The position numbers and the translations under genes were made by a program. Positions 53,869-63,504 of a stretch of DNA of 64,000 nt are shown in pieces. Source of the stretch: Bacteroidota bacterium (GTDB lineage: Bacteria > Bacteroidota > Bacteroidia > Bacteroidales > FEN-979); assembly GCA_037133475.1 (NCBI GenBank), contig JBAXOB010000015.1, forward strand, positions 9,460 to 73,459, in the 5' to 3' direction. The stretch's first letter is position 1. Every line of letters starts with the position of its first letter. The notes beneath the pieces are model-generated. The model saw only the letters and a program-made list of their open reading frames with translations, searched no databases and was not told the origin of the DNA.

Positions 53869-55893
53869 ATGAACGACAAGGATAATGAATCAGAAAAAGA
53901 GAAACTGCGTAAGAAGGCAGAGGAACTGCTGAAAACTGCGGCTCCGCCGGAAACAGTGCTCTCCCCCGCCCTTTCACAAACCGAAATATTAAAACTCATT
54001 CACGAACTGCAGGTGCACCAGGTCGAACTGGAAATGCAAAATGAAGAGTTGCGGCAGGCATCGGCCGTGCGGCAGATCGCCGTTGACAGGTATACTGAAT
54101 TATACGAATTTGCGCCATCCGGTTACCTGTCACTGTCACAAGAGGGCAGGATTGCTGAACTCAACTTTTCAGCAGCACAAATGCTGGGAAAAGAGCGTCG
54201 GCGCTTAAAAAACAGCTCCTTTGCTTCTTTTGTTTCGGATGAAACGAAACCAGTGTTCCAACTGTTTTTTGAGAAGGTGTTTGTCAGTGAAACCAAAGAA
54301 ACATGTGAACTGACCCTTACCAACGACGGCAATTCAACCATACAAGTACAATTAACAGGCAGGCTGACCGAAAAGGGAGATCAATGCCTGGTTTCCATGA
54401 TTGATATCACCGAACGACTGAAACTGGAAAAAGCGGTCAGCGAGCGTGAAGAAAAATACCGGACCCTGTTCACTGCCAGCCGGGATGCCCTATTTCTCAT
54501 TGACAGGAACTCAGGCGACATCCTGGATGTAAATGATGCCGTCTGCAATCTCTATGGTTACACGCGGGAGGAATTATACAAACTGAAAAACACCGATTTA
54601 TCCTTTGAACCCGTTGCCACAAGCCTTGCGACAAAAAATCTCAGGGGAAGAATAGAACTTCGCTATCATAAAAAAAAGGACGGGACCGTTTTTCCGGTGG
54701 ATATTTCGTCAACCCTATTAATAATGGACGGGGAGGAGGTTATCCTGGCTGCGATCCGCGACATAACCGATCGCAAGGCAGTTGAAGATGCCCTGACAGA
54801 AAGCGAGGGCCGCTTCAAATCTTTATTTGAACGGCATAGCGCGATCATGTTGCTCATCGATCCCGAGTCAGGGCAGATCATTAATGCAAACCATGCCGCA
54901 GCCGCTTTTTACGGGTACAGTATCCCTGAATTGTGTTCCATGTCGATTGACATGATCAATGCGTTATCCGCCGATGAGGTAAAAGCAGAGCGGTTACAGG
55001 CGGCCAGTGAAAACCGGAACTTTTTTGTTTTTCCACACCGGTTGGCCGGCGGAGAGGAACGTATTGTCGAGGTACACTCTTCTCCTATCGATTTTTTGGG
55101 AAACAAGGTTCTCTTCTCAATTATCCTGGACATTACCGCGCGCAGGCAGGCAGAAGCAGAGATTAACCTTAAAAACGCAGAACTTTTAAAACTCAATGCC
55201 GAAAAAGATAAATTTTTCTCCATCATAGCCCATGACTTGCGCAGCCCCTTCAATGCATTCCTGGGCTTTACAAAAATGATGGCTGAAGAATTGGACACCT
55301 TGTCGCCTGATCAGATTCAGGCGATTTCAATCAGTATGCAAAAGTCGGCCACCAACCTGTATGGTTTACTGGAGAATTTGCTGGAATGGTCGCGCATCCG
55401 CAGGGGAGTAACCAGTTTTGAACCTGTTCAATCCCCGCTCATGCCAATGATCGAGGAATCTTTAAAACCCGTCGGGGAACAGGCCGGTAAAAAGGGGATT
55501 GAGATCATATTCGACAGCCCCGCGGGTTGTACTGTTTTTGCCGACCGTTATATGCTGGGTACGATCGTGCGGAATCTGGTTACCAATGCCATCAAGTTTT
55601 CTGCCAGGGACGGAAGAATTTTCATCGTTGCAAAGCCCGTCAGCGGCAATTTGGTTGAAATATCGATCAGCGATGCCGGGATAGGCATGAATGAACAAAT
55701 GGTTGATAACCTATACCGGCTGGATGAACAGGCCAACAGGAAAGGCACTGAAGGCGAACCCTCAACCGGGCTTGGCTTGCTCATTTGCAAAGAGTTCGTT
55801 GAAAAGCACGGCGGAAAACTCCGGGTTGTAAGTGAAGAGGGTGTGGGGACAACGTTTTATTTTCCACTGCCCGCCGGCAGGCAGGTCGATTGA
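53869..55893 (+). CDS. cytoplasmic multi-PAS sensor histidine kinase
   Basis: The start was set at the ATG at 53869 (the track start is GTG). N-terminal coiled motif LKLIHELQVHQVELEMQNEELRQA. About 3 PAS units. H-box FFSIIAHDLRSPFNAFLGF. VTNAIKFS, ISDAGIGM, GLGLLICKEFVEKHGGKL. Confidence 0.9.
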   Translation: MNDKDNESEKEKLRKKAEELLKTAAPPETVLSPALSQTEILKLIHELQVHQVELEMQNEELRQASAVRQIAVDRYTELYEFAPSGYLSLSQEGRIAELNFSAAQMLGKERRRLKNSSFASFVSDETKPVFQLFFEKVFVSETKETCELTLTNDGNSTIQVQLTGRLTEKGDQCLVSMIDITERLKLEKAVSEREEKYRTLFTASRDALFLIDRNSGDILDVNDAVCNLYGYTREELYKLKNTDLSFEPVATSLATKNLRGRIELRYHKKKDGTVFPVDISSTLLIMDGEEVILAAIRDITDRKAVEDALTESEGRFKSLFERHSAIMLLIDPESGQIINANHAAAAFYGYSIPELCSMSIDMINALSADEVKAERLQAASENRNFFVFPHRLAGGEERIVEVHSSPIDFLGNKVLFSIILDITARRQAEAEINLKNAELLKLNAEKDKFFSIIAHDLRSPFNAFLGFTKMMAEELDTLSPDQIQAISISMQKSATNLYGLLENLLEWSRIRRGVTSFEPVQSPLMPMIEESLKPVGEQAGKKGIEIIFDSPAGCTVFADRYMLGTIVRNLVTNAIKFSARDGRIFIVAKPVSGNLVEISISDAGIGMNEQMVDNLYRLDEQANRKGTEGEPSTGLGLLICKEFVEKHGGKLRVVSEEGVGTTFYFPLPAGRQVD

Positions 55894-58800
55894 CAAACGA
55901 CGGAAGTTGAATGACCAGCGAAGGAACTATTGCTTTCCGCGCCATTCCTTGTATTTTAACGTATCTTTACCTGTAATAACAGTCAACCAGTTCCAAAACC
56001 AAAGTCCCTTGAGCGACAGGAAACCAAAATCCAAAGAAACCGAAAAAAACGCGCCCAAAGTTTTACAAACCGAACTATCCCCGTTTCCTATCGTTGGCAT
56101 CGGCGCCTCGGCCGGAGGGCTCGAGGCACTGGAGCAGTTCTTCGGGAATATGCCCATCGAGAGCGGCATGGCGTTCGTGGTTATTCAGCACCTCGACCCC
56201 AACCATGCCGGCATCATGCCGGAGTTGCTGCAGCGTATTACCCCGATGAAGGTTTTCCAGGCAACCGACCGGCTGAAGGTAAAACAGAACTGTGTCTATG
56301 TGATCCCTCCCAATAAAAGCCTCTCTCTGCTCAATGGAAACCTGCATTTGTTCGATCCTGTTGAATCGCGGGGATTGCGGCTTCCCGTTGATTTTTTCTT
56401 CCGTTCACTTGCCGATGACCAGCAACACCGAAGTATAGGCATCATCCTGTCGGGCATGGGCAGCGATGGCAGCCTGGGGCTGAAGGCCATCAAGGAAAAA
56501 AACGGGATCGTGCTTGTACAGGAGCCCGCATCCGCGAAATTCGACGGCATGCCACGCAGCGCCACCGAGGCGGTGATTGCCGATATCATTGCCCCTGCCA
56601 TGGAATTGCCGGTGCGGCTGATCTCATTTTTAAAGTACATCCCCGTTGCGAAGCCTGAGAACAATATTGATGCCAGGATCACCAGCAACCTCGATAAAAT
56701 AATCATCCTGATAAGCGACCAAACGGGCCAGGACTTTTCAATGTATAAAAAAAACACCCTGTTTCGCCGCATCGAAAGGCGGATGGGTGTTCACCAGATC
56801 GACAAGATCAGCACCTACGTCCGTTTTTTACAGGAGAATAAAAAGGAGATTGACATACTTTTCAAAGAGCTGCTTATCGGCGTTACAAACTTTTTCCGCG
56901 ACGTTGCCGTATGGGAGAGTCTGAAAGAAAATGTGCTGACCGCGCTCATGGACGAATCTCCTTACAACCATGTACTGCGCGCCTGGGTAACAGGCTGTTC
57001 AACCGGTGAGGAGGCCTATACCCTGGCCATGGTATTTAAGGAGGTGCGGGAAAAAATCAAAAATCATAAAAATCTGTCCCTCCAGATTTTTGCTACCGAT
57101 CTCGATCACGACGCCATCGAGATTGCGCGCAGAGGGTTCTATTCATCCAACATTGCAGCGGATGTATCCCCCGACCGGCTGAACCAGTTTTTCACGCATG
57201 AGGCGGAAGGCTACCGGGTGAATGCATCCATTCGCGAAATGGTGGTATTTGCCCCGCAGAATGTAATAAAGGATCCTCCCTTCACCAAAATTGATATTCT
57301 CACATGCCGCAATTTACTCATTTACATGCAGTCGGATCTGCAGAAAAAGGTGATCGGGCTTTTTCATTACAGCCTGAATCCAGGAGGAGTCATGGTGCTT
57401 GGGACCTCCGAAACCATTGGAACCGAAAATGAAGGGTTTTCAGAAATTGATGCCAGATCGAAAATTTTCCGACGCAGCATGACCGCTGCGGAAAAGGTGC
57501 TTATTGATTTCCCAAGCTCCTTTGCCCGGCCCAAAAGCGTTTCGGCAACTGCCACCCGTTCGCCGAAGGTTGTTGATAACATCCAGACCATGGCCGACCA
57601 GTTCCTGCTCCAGCGTTTTACGCCAGCCAGTGTACTGGTGAATGGCGACGGGGAAATCCTGTACATGACCGGCCGTATCGACCGGTACATTGTACCGGTT
57701 GCCGGCAAGGCAAACTATAATATTCACGTGATGGCACGCGAAGGGTTGCGCCAGGGGCTGCCGGGAGCCATGCGCAAAGCGATGCAAAGTCCCGATCCTG
57801 TTCACCTGGCCAATGTCAAAATCGGGACCAATGGCGGTACACTGTTTGTTGATGTTACGGTTCAACGGGTTGAAAACCCGGATTCCCACGTAGGTGTGGT
57901 GATGATCATATTTACCGACGTGCCTGCCAGGGCCGAACATTCAACCTTAAGCCCGGTAAAAGGAAAACAAGGCTCAACGTTGCGCATGAAAGGACTGGAG
58001 GGCGAACTCCAACGGTGTCGGGAAGACATGCAAAGTACCCGCGAGGAGATGCAGACATCGCAGGAGGAGCTGAAGTCAACCAATGAAGAGCTACAGTCAA
58101 CCAACGAAGAATTGCAGTCGACCAACGAGGAACTCACCACTTCCAAGGAGGAGATGCAGAGCCTGAACGAAGAACTGCAAACAGTGAACACGGAATTGCA
58201 GTGTAAAATATCTGATTTTATCAGGGCTAACGACGACATGAAGAACCTGCTCAACAGCACCGAGGTCGCCACGCTGTTCCTCGACCGTGAACTGAACGTG
58301 CGAAGGTTTACAGAGCAGGTAACAAAAATCATGAAACTGCGCAACACCGATATTGGCCGGCCCTTCACCGACCTGGTATCCGATTTGCAATACCCCGAAA
58401 TCGGGAATCACGTCGCGCAGGTGATCAAAACCCTCGTGCCTGTTGAGTCCGCCATTCCCACGGCCGACGGAAGGTGGTTCAATGTGAGGATCATGCCTTA
58501 CCGCACCCTGGATGACCATATCGACGGCCTGGTGATGACATTTGCTGATATTACGCTGGCCAAGATTGCCGAGAAAACGTTATCCATTTCTGAAACCCGG
58601 TATCGCAGTATCTTTGAATCGGCTAAAGACGGAATCCTCATCCTTGATGAGGCAACCGGGAAAATTGTGGATGTAAATCCATTCCTGATAACACTGCTGG
58701 GTTACTCAAAGGAGCAATTCCTCGAAAAAGCCATCTGGGAAATAGGATTTCTCAGGGACATCGTCGCCAATAAGGATGTATTTTCCGAATTACAGCAGAA

Positions 58801-58948
58801 GGAAATTGTCCGGTATGAAAATTTACCGCTTGAAACCGCCGATGGCCGGAAAATCAACGTTGAGTTCATCAGCAACGTGTACCTGGTGGCGGGCGATAAG
58901 GTCATCCAGTGCTTTATCCGTGAAAGTATCGTCCACCCTGCATCCTAA
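55832..58948 (+). CDS. CheB methylesterase - CheR methyltransferase fusion with coiled coil and C-terminal PAS domains
   Basis: CheB-like: FPIVGIGASAGGLEALEQFF, FVVIQHLDPNH, SGMGSDGSLGLKAIKEKNGIVLVQEP..AKFDGMPRSA. CheR-like: FFRDVAVWESL, LRAWVTGCSTGEEAYTLAMVF, IFATDLDHDAIEIARRGFY, DILTCRNLLIYM. Then a heptad array and PAS domains. The 5' end is uncertain: there is no in-frame ATG before the conserved domain. Candidates are GTG 55832, TTG 55907, TTG 55949 and TTG 56009. Confidence 0.85.
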   Translation: MKRVWGQRFIFHCPPAGRSIDKRRKLNDQRRNYCFPRHSLYFNVSLPVITVNQFQNQSPLSDRKPKSKETEKNAPKVLQTELSPFPIVGIGASAGGLEALEQFFGNMPIESGMAFVVIQHLDPNHAGIMPELLQRITPMKVFQATDRLKVKQNCVYVIPPNKSLSLLNGNLHLFDPVESRGLRLPVDFFFRSLADDQQHRSIGIILSGMGSDGSLGLKAIKEKNGIVLVQEPASAKFDGMPRSATEAVIADIIAPAMELPVRLISFLKYIPVAKPENNIDARITSNLDKIIILISDQTGQDFSMYKKNTLFRRIERRMGVHQIDKISTYVRFLQENKKEIDILFKELLIGVTNFFRDVAVWESLKENVLTALMDESPYNHVLRAWVTGCSTGEEAYTLAMVFKEVREKIKNHKNLSLQIFATDLDHDAIEIARRGFYSSNIAADVSPDRLNQFFTHEAEGYRVNASIREMVVFAPQNVIKDPPFTKIDILTCRNLLIYMQSDLQKKVIGLFHYSLNPGGVMVLGTSETIGTENEGFSEIDARSKIFRRSMTAAEKVLIDFPSSFARPKSVSATATRSPKVVDNIQTMADQFLLQRFTPASVLVNGDGEILYMTGRIDRYIVPVAGKANYNIHVMAREGLRQGLPGAMRKAMQSPDPVHLANVKIGTNGGTLFVDVTVQRVENPDSHVGVVMIIFTDVPARAEHSTLSPVKGKQGSTLRMKGLEGELQRCREDMQSTREEMQTSQEELKSTNEELQSTNEELQSTNEELTTSKEEMQSLNEELQTVNTELQCKISDFIRANDDMKNLLNSTEVATLFLDRELNVRRFTEQVTKIMKLRNTDIGRPFTDLVSDLQYPEIGNHVAQVIKTLVPVESAIPTADGRWFNVRIMPYRTLDDHIDGLVMTFADITLAKIAEKTLSISETRYRSIFESAKDGILILDEATGKIVDVNPFLITLLGYSKEQFLEKAIWEIGFLRDIVANKDVFSELQQKEIVRYENLPLETADGRKINVEFISNVYLVAGDKVIQCFIRESIVHPAS
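58034..58201 (+). repeat. in-frame array of 8 heptads [S/T]xxEE[L/M]Q; the core 3 units are near-identical 21-bp DNA repeats (58076..58138)
   Basis: The translation is STREEMQ TSQEELK STNEELQ STNEELQ STNEELT TSKEEMQ SLNEELQ TVNTELQ. DNA units: tcaaccaatgaagagctacag / tcaaccaacgaagaattgcag / tcgaccaacgaggaactcacc. Confidence 0.9.
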
Positions 58949-58960
58949 TGATGATCCGCA

Positions 58961-61900
58961 ATGAAACAGAATAAGCATTCAGAACCAGAAATCCTCCGGT
59001 ATAAGGCGGAAGAGTTTCTCAGAAACAAGCCTCCCGTATCAACTTCAAAGCTTTCGGAAGCCGATATGGTAAAACTCATTTATGAACTTGAGGTACACCA
59101 GGTGGAACTGGAGATGCAGAATGAAGAACTCAGGGAGGCAAGGTACGTCGCGAAGGGTGCTGCTGAAAAATACACCAATTTATATGAATTCGCCCCCGCG
59201 GGATATTTTACCCTCTCCAGGGACGGAAGGATACTGGAGATTAACCTCAGCGGGACGCAAATGATTGGCAATACCCGCTCGCATCTGCAAAACAGCTTGT
59301 TTGACTTTCATGTTTCAAAAGAGACAAGGCCGGTTTTCGAGCTGTTCCTGAAAAGGGTATTTAACGGCAAAGCAAAGGAATCGTGTGAAGTAACCTTTGC
59401 CGGGGAGGGCAACCTGCCCGTGTATGTCCATCTTGCCGGTGTTTCTGCCGACGACGGCAAACATTGCCTGCTTACCGCCGTTGATATTTCGGAACGAAAG
59501 CGCGATGAAAATTCGCTTAAGGCTGCCGAAGAAAAATATCGCAAAAATTCCACCCTGTTGAATTCGCTCCTGGAAAGCCCTGTTGACATTATCATTTTCG
59601 CCCTGGACAAAAACTACTGTTACACAACATTTACAAAATCCCACCAGGCGACCATGCAAAAGATCTGGGGGGCTGAAATTGCAGTGGGCGCGAATATGCT
59701 GGAATTCATCTCAAATCCGGATGACAGGCGGAAAGCGAGGGAAAATTTTGACAGGGCGATGCAGGGGGATTTTTTTTCAATGGTTGAGGAATATGGCGAC
59801 AAGGGCCTTTCCAGGATTTTTTACGAAGATGTTTACAGCCCGATAAAGGATTCAGATGGGAAGGTTGCCGGTGTTTCCGTTTTTGTCATTGATATTACCC
59901 GCCGGAAACTGGCAGAGGCACAGGCAAACCAAATTGCATCCATCGTCCAGTCATCCGAAGACGCCATCATCGGGAAAAACATGGACGGGATCATCCTGAG
60001 CTGGAACAAGGGCGCTGAAAAAATATACGGGTATACCGAAAGCGAAGCCGTTGGCAAATCAGTTTCAATCCTGGTTCCGGAAGAAACCGACGATGAGGTT
60101 CCCGCCATCCTGACCAGGCTTAAATCAGGGCAGGTTATCAAACATTACGAGACCTCCCGCCGGAGAAAAGACGGCAGGAACATCCAGGTGTCGCTCACCA
60201 TTTCCCCCATTGTGGATGCAGATGGAAGAATCATAGCCGCCTCATCGATTGCAAGGGACATCACCGAGCGCAAACTGGCGGAAAAGGCGCTGCAGGAGAG
60301 CAGAAAGGAGCTGGTTTATATCATAAACCAACTGGCAATTGCCCAGCAAACCGGGCATGTCGGATCATGGAATTTTAATCTCAGTACGGGAAAAATCAAC
60401 GGATCGGCAGAAGCCCAGCGATTATTCGGACTTTTCGACCGTGATAATACTTTCGACCTACAGCACATTGAGGACTGTATTCCCGATCGCCAGCGCGTTC
60501 ACCAGGCGCTGGTTGATTTAATAACGAAGGAGACCCCCTACAACCTTGAATATGTAATTCACCCTGCTGATGGATCGGCAGCAAGGGTCATCGTCTCTAA
60601 AGCCACGCTTGAAAAAGATGCTGCCGGCAATCCGGTTTCAGTGAACGGCATCGTTCAGGACATCACCGAAAACAAGCTTGTCCAGGAAAAATTACTGTCA
60701 CAGACAATGCTGCTTGAGGCCCAGTTAAACTCTACCATCGACGGGATTTTAATAGTCGGCAAGGATAACAGGCGCCTGCTGATAAACCGGAGGATGATCG
60801 AGTTGTTTAAGGTTCCGGCGGATATCATCAAAAATAAAAACGACATCGATTTATTGAGGCATGTAACAGCGTTAACCAAAGATCCTGATAAATTCCTGGA
60901 AAAGATCATGTTTCTTAATGAGAACCCGGATAAGGAAAGCAGCGATGAAATTGCATTTAAAGACGGGATGGTCATCGACAGGTATTCGGCGCCGGTGATT
61001 GGAAAGGATGGTGCAAATTACGGGAGGATTTGGATTTTCCGCGACGTTACCGAACGAAAACTGGCAGATGCTTTGTTCAGGGACATCATAGAAAAAAACC
61101 CGATGTCCATCCAGATACTGAGCATGGAGGGATTTACGACCCAGACAAATCCGGCGCACACGAAACTTTTTGGCGTTAAAACACCAGCCGACTATTCTAT
61201 TTTCAAAGACCCTCAATTATTGAAACAGGGGATGGGCGAGCTGTTTGAAAAAGTAAAACAGGGTGAAACCGTGTACTTTCCCGATTCCAGGTTTAATGTC
61301 CATGACGTCGATCCTCTGTTTCCTGATATCATGACCTGGATTAAGGCTGTAGGGTTCACGTTGCAGGGGGAGAACGGAGCGCCCGCGAGGGTAGTACTGA
61401 TGCATGAAAACATCACGGAACGCAAGCATGCTGAAGAGATGTTCCATGCTATTATTGAAAAAAACCCAATGTCAATTCAGATCGTTGATAAAGAAGGGTT
61501 TACAATGGATGGAAATCCGGCATATGTGAAACTTTTTGGCGCATTTCCTCCTCCCGGCTTTTCAATTTTTGCCGACCTCCAAAGTAAAAGCCCGGAGCTT
61601 GAGAAATTAATCTTGCTTGCCAAACAGGGAAATATCGTTCATCTCCCTGACATATACTATAATCCGAATGATGTCTCCCCAGATTTACCCGATAATCCTG
61701 TTTGGATACGGGCGCTTATTTTTCCATTGAACGACTGCAACGGGAAACTCGACCGGTATGTGTTCATGCACGAGAATATCACGCAGCGTAAACTGGCTGA
61801 GCAGGAATTAATCAAAACAAAAGAGCGGGCAGAAGAATCCGACCGCCTGAAATCGGCCTTTCTTGCGAACATGAGCCATGAAATCAGAACACCCATGAAT

Positions 61901-62998
61901 GGCATCCTGGGCTTTGCCGGATTGTTGAAAGAACCTGGGCTCAACGGGGAGGAGCAGCAAAAATATATCAGGATCATCGAGAAAAGCGGCGCCCGGATGC
62001 TCAATATCATCAATGATATTGTTGATATCTCGAAAATAGAGGCGGGACAAATGGAGGTCGCCTTTTCAAATGTGAATGTCAATGAGGTTACCGAAGCCTT
62101 TTATACCTTTTTCAAGCCGGAGGCTGAAATTAAAGGAATACGGCTGATCCTGAAAAAATCTTTACCTGCAAAAGATGCGGTCATCATTACCGACTGTAAC
62201 AAATTCGATTCAATTCTTTCAAATCTTATCAAGAATGCCATTAAATACACCCACACCGGATCCATTGAATTCGGGTATACCATTGCAGGGACACCCCCAG
62301 GCATTTCCCCGCAACCCGGGGGGATACTTCCCGGAACATTTCTTCAATTTTTCGTGAAGGATACGGGTATTGGTATTCCAAAACAAAGACAGGAGGCCAT
62401 TTTCGAACGCTTTATCCAGGCTGACATTTCCGACAAACAGGCTTTGCAGGGAGCCGGATTGGGATTGTCCATTGCCAAAGCCTATGTTGAAATGCTTGGA
62501 GGTAAAATATGGGTGGAAAGCGAGCAGGGAAAAGGTTCTGAATTTTATTTCTCCGTTCCATACAATACAGGCAAGCCTAAGAACAGCGCCATTACCAAGG
62601 CTGTTGTTCCAGGTACGAATGACACCCAAATTAAAAATTTGAAAATATTGGTGGTCGAAGATGATGAGATATCGGACCTGTATATTGAAACGCTGATGAA
62701 TCAAATCAGCAGTGAGATTTTACACACGGAAACAGGAACCGAAGCCATTCGCATCTTCAGTGACACCCCCGGTATCGATTTGGTGCTGATGGATATGAAA
62801 ATGCCCGGAATGGACGGGTTTGAGGCCACCCGTCAAATCCGCCGGTTGAACAAGGATGTGATCATCATCGCCCAAACAGCCTATGGCCTTTCAGGTGACC
62901 GGGAGAAGGCGCTGGCAGCGGGATGTAATGATTACATTTCAAAACCTATCAAAAAGGAGGAATTACTTGCGCTGGTTCAAAAATATCTCAACAAATAA
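58961..62998 (+). CDS. cytoplasmic multi-PAS hybrid sensor histidine kinase with C-terminal receiver
   Basis: N-terminal VKLIYELEVHQVELEMQNEELREA. Many PAS/PAC units. H-box AFLANMSHEIRTPMNGILGF. IKNAIKYT, VKDTGIGI, GAGLGLSIAKAYVEMLGGKI. REC: ILVVEDDEISDL...LVLMDMKMPGMDGFEATRQIR...NDYISKPI. Confidence 0.9.
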   Translation: MKQNKHSEPEILRYKAEEFLRNKPPVSTSKLSEADMVKLIYELEVHQVELEMQNEELREARYVAKGAAEKYTNLYEFAPAGYFTLSRDGRILEINLSGTQMIGNTRSHLQNSLFDFHVSKETRPVFELFLKRVFNGKAKESCEVTFAGEGNLPVYVHLAGVSADDGKHCLLTAVDISERKRDENSLKAAEEKYRKNSTLLNSLLESPVDIIIFALDKNYCYTTFTKSHQATMQKIWGAEIAVGANMLEFISNPDDRRKARENFDRAMQGDFFSMVEEYGDKGLSRIFYEDVYSPIKDSDGKVAGVSVFVIDITRRKLAEAQANQIASIVQSSEDAIIGKNMDGIILSWNKGAEKIYGYTESEAVGKSVSILVPEETDDEVPAILTRLKSGQVIKHYETSRRRKDGRNIQVSLTISPIVDADGRIIAASSIARDITERKLAEKALQESRKELVYIINQLAIAQQTGHVGSWNFNLSTGKINGSAEAQRLFGLFDRDNTFDLQHIEDCIPDRQRVHQALVDLITKETPYNLEYVIHPADGSAARVIVSKATLEKDAAGNPVSVNGIVQDITENKLVQEKLLSQTMLLEAQLNSTIDGILIVGKDNRRLLINRRMIELFKVPADIIKNKNDIDLLRHVTALTKDPDKFLEKIMFLNENPDKESSDEIAFKDGMVIDRYSAPVIGKDGANYGRIWIFRDVTERKLADALFRDIIEKNPMSIQILSMEGFTTQTNPAHTKLFGVKTPADYSIFKDPQLLKQGMGELFEKVKQGETVYFPDSRFNVHDVDPLFPDIMTWIKAVGFTLQGENGAPARVVLMHENITERKHAEEMFHAIIEKNPMSIQIVDKEGFTMDGNPAYVKLFGAFPPPGFSIFADLQSKSPELEKLILLAKQGNIVHLPDIYYNPNDVSPDLPDNPVWIRALIFPLNDCNGKLDRYVFMHENITQRKLAEQELIKTKERAEESDRLKSAFLANMSHEIRTPMNGILGFAGLLKEPGLNGEEQQKYIRIIEKSGARMLNIINDIVDISKIEAGQMEVAFSNVNVNEVTEAFYTFFKPEAEIKGIRLILKKSLPAKDAVIITDCNKFDSILSNLIKNAIKYTHTGSIEFGYTIAGTPPGISPQPGGILPGTFLQFFVKDTGIGIPKQRQEAIFERFIQADISDKQALQGAGLGLSIAKAYVEMLGGKIWVESEQGKGSEFYFSVPYNTGKPKNSAITKAVVPGTNDTQIKNLKILVVEDDEISDLYIETLMNQISSEILHTETGTEAIRIFSDTPGIDLVLMDMKMPGMDGFEATRQIRRLNKDVIIIAQTAYGLSGDREKALAAGCNDYISKPIKKEELLALVQKYLNK

Positions 62999-63091
62999 GC
63001 GATATATATCAGCACAACCGGGTTTCATATGGATTCGTTCCAGGTAGCTGATGTTGTTGAATTAACAACATTTCCGGGTACCCCTGAAAAG

Positions 63092-63118
63092 CAAAACCCG
63101 CGATTAACGCGGGTTTTG
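63092..63118. terminator. bidirectional rho-independent terminator hairpin
   Basis: caaaacccgcg-attaa-cgcgggttttg: an 11-bp stem with a GC core flanked by A-run and T-run, so it reads as hairpin plus T-tract on both strands. It sits between the kinase gene (+) and the tRNA (-). A second AT-rich hairpin, atgttgtt-gaatt-aacaacat, lies at 63051-63071. Confidence 0.7.
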
Positions 63119-63129
63119 ACCTGATTTTG

Positions 63130-63213
63130 TGCCCGGAACAGGACTCGAACCTGCACATCCGTACGGATACTAGTCCCTGAAACTAGCGCGTCTACCAATT
63201 CCGCCATCCGGGC
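63130..63213 (-). tRNA. tRNA-Leu (anticodon CAG), type II with long variable arm
   Basis: The reverse complement is GCCCGGA TG GCG GAATTGGTAGA CGC G CTAGT TTCAGGG ACTAG TATCCGTACGGATGT GCAGG TTCGAGT CCTGT TCCGGGC A. This gives a 7-bp acceptor stem, a 5-bp anticodon stem, loop TT-CAG-GG, a variable stem ATCC/GGAT, and T-loop TTCGAGT. CCA is not encoded. Confidence 0.93.
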
Positions 63214-63250
63214 AATACATTGAATACAATTCTCTGTACGAATGGGGGTG

Positions 63251-63258
63251 CAAAAGTA
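63251..63258 (-). promoter_or_regulatory. candidate -7 box (TACTTTTG) for the tRNA-Leu gene
   Basis: TAnnTTTG match on the minus strand, 37 nt upstream of the mature tRNA 5' end. Confidence 0.35.
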
Positions 63259-63504
63259 ACAACTTTTTCCGAATTATAAAATTTAATTGCAGGGTTGCTG
63301 TTTATTTTTTCCCGGCACATCCGTTATCCTTGATTATCCTTCATGTTTTGAAAGAACTTTATGCCCGCGGATAAGACATCTGCACATACTTTTTTTCGGT
63401 TGCATGAAAATCCCATCTGTCATTTCCCTAAATTGCGACCGATTTAAAACCCCGTGTTGTTTCCGGGTGTGACATCACTTTGAAAAACCATAATTTACCG
63501 ATCT

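Noticed and set aside
63025-63207. 60-aa ORF MAELVDALVSGTSIRTDVQVRVLFRAQ...
   Set aside because: It is a translation across the tRNA-Leu gene and its terminator, which is a classic tRNA-derived ORF artefact.
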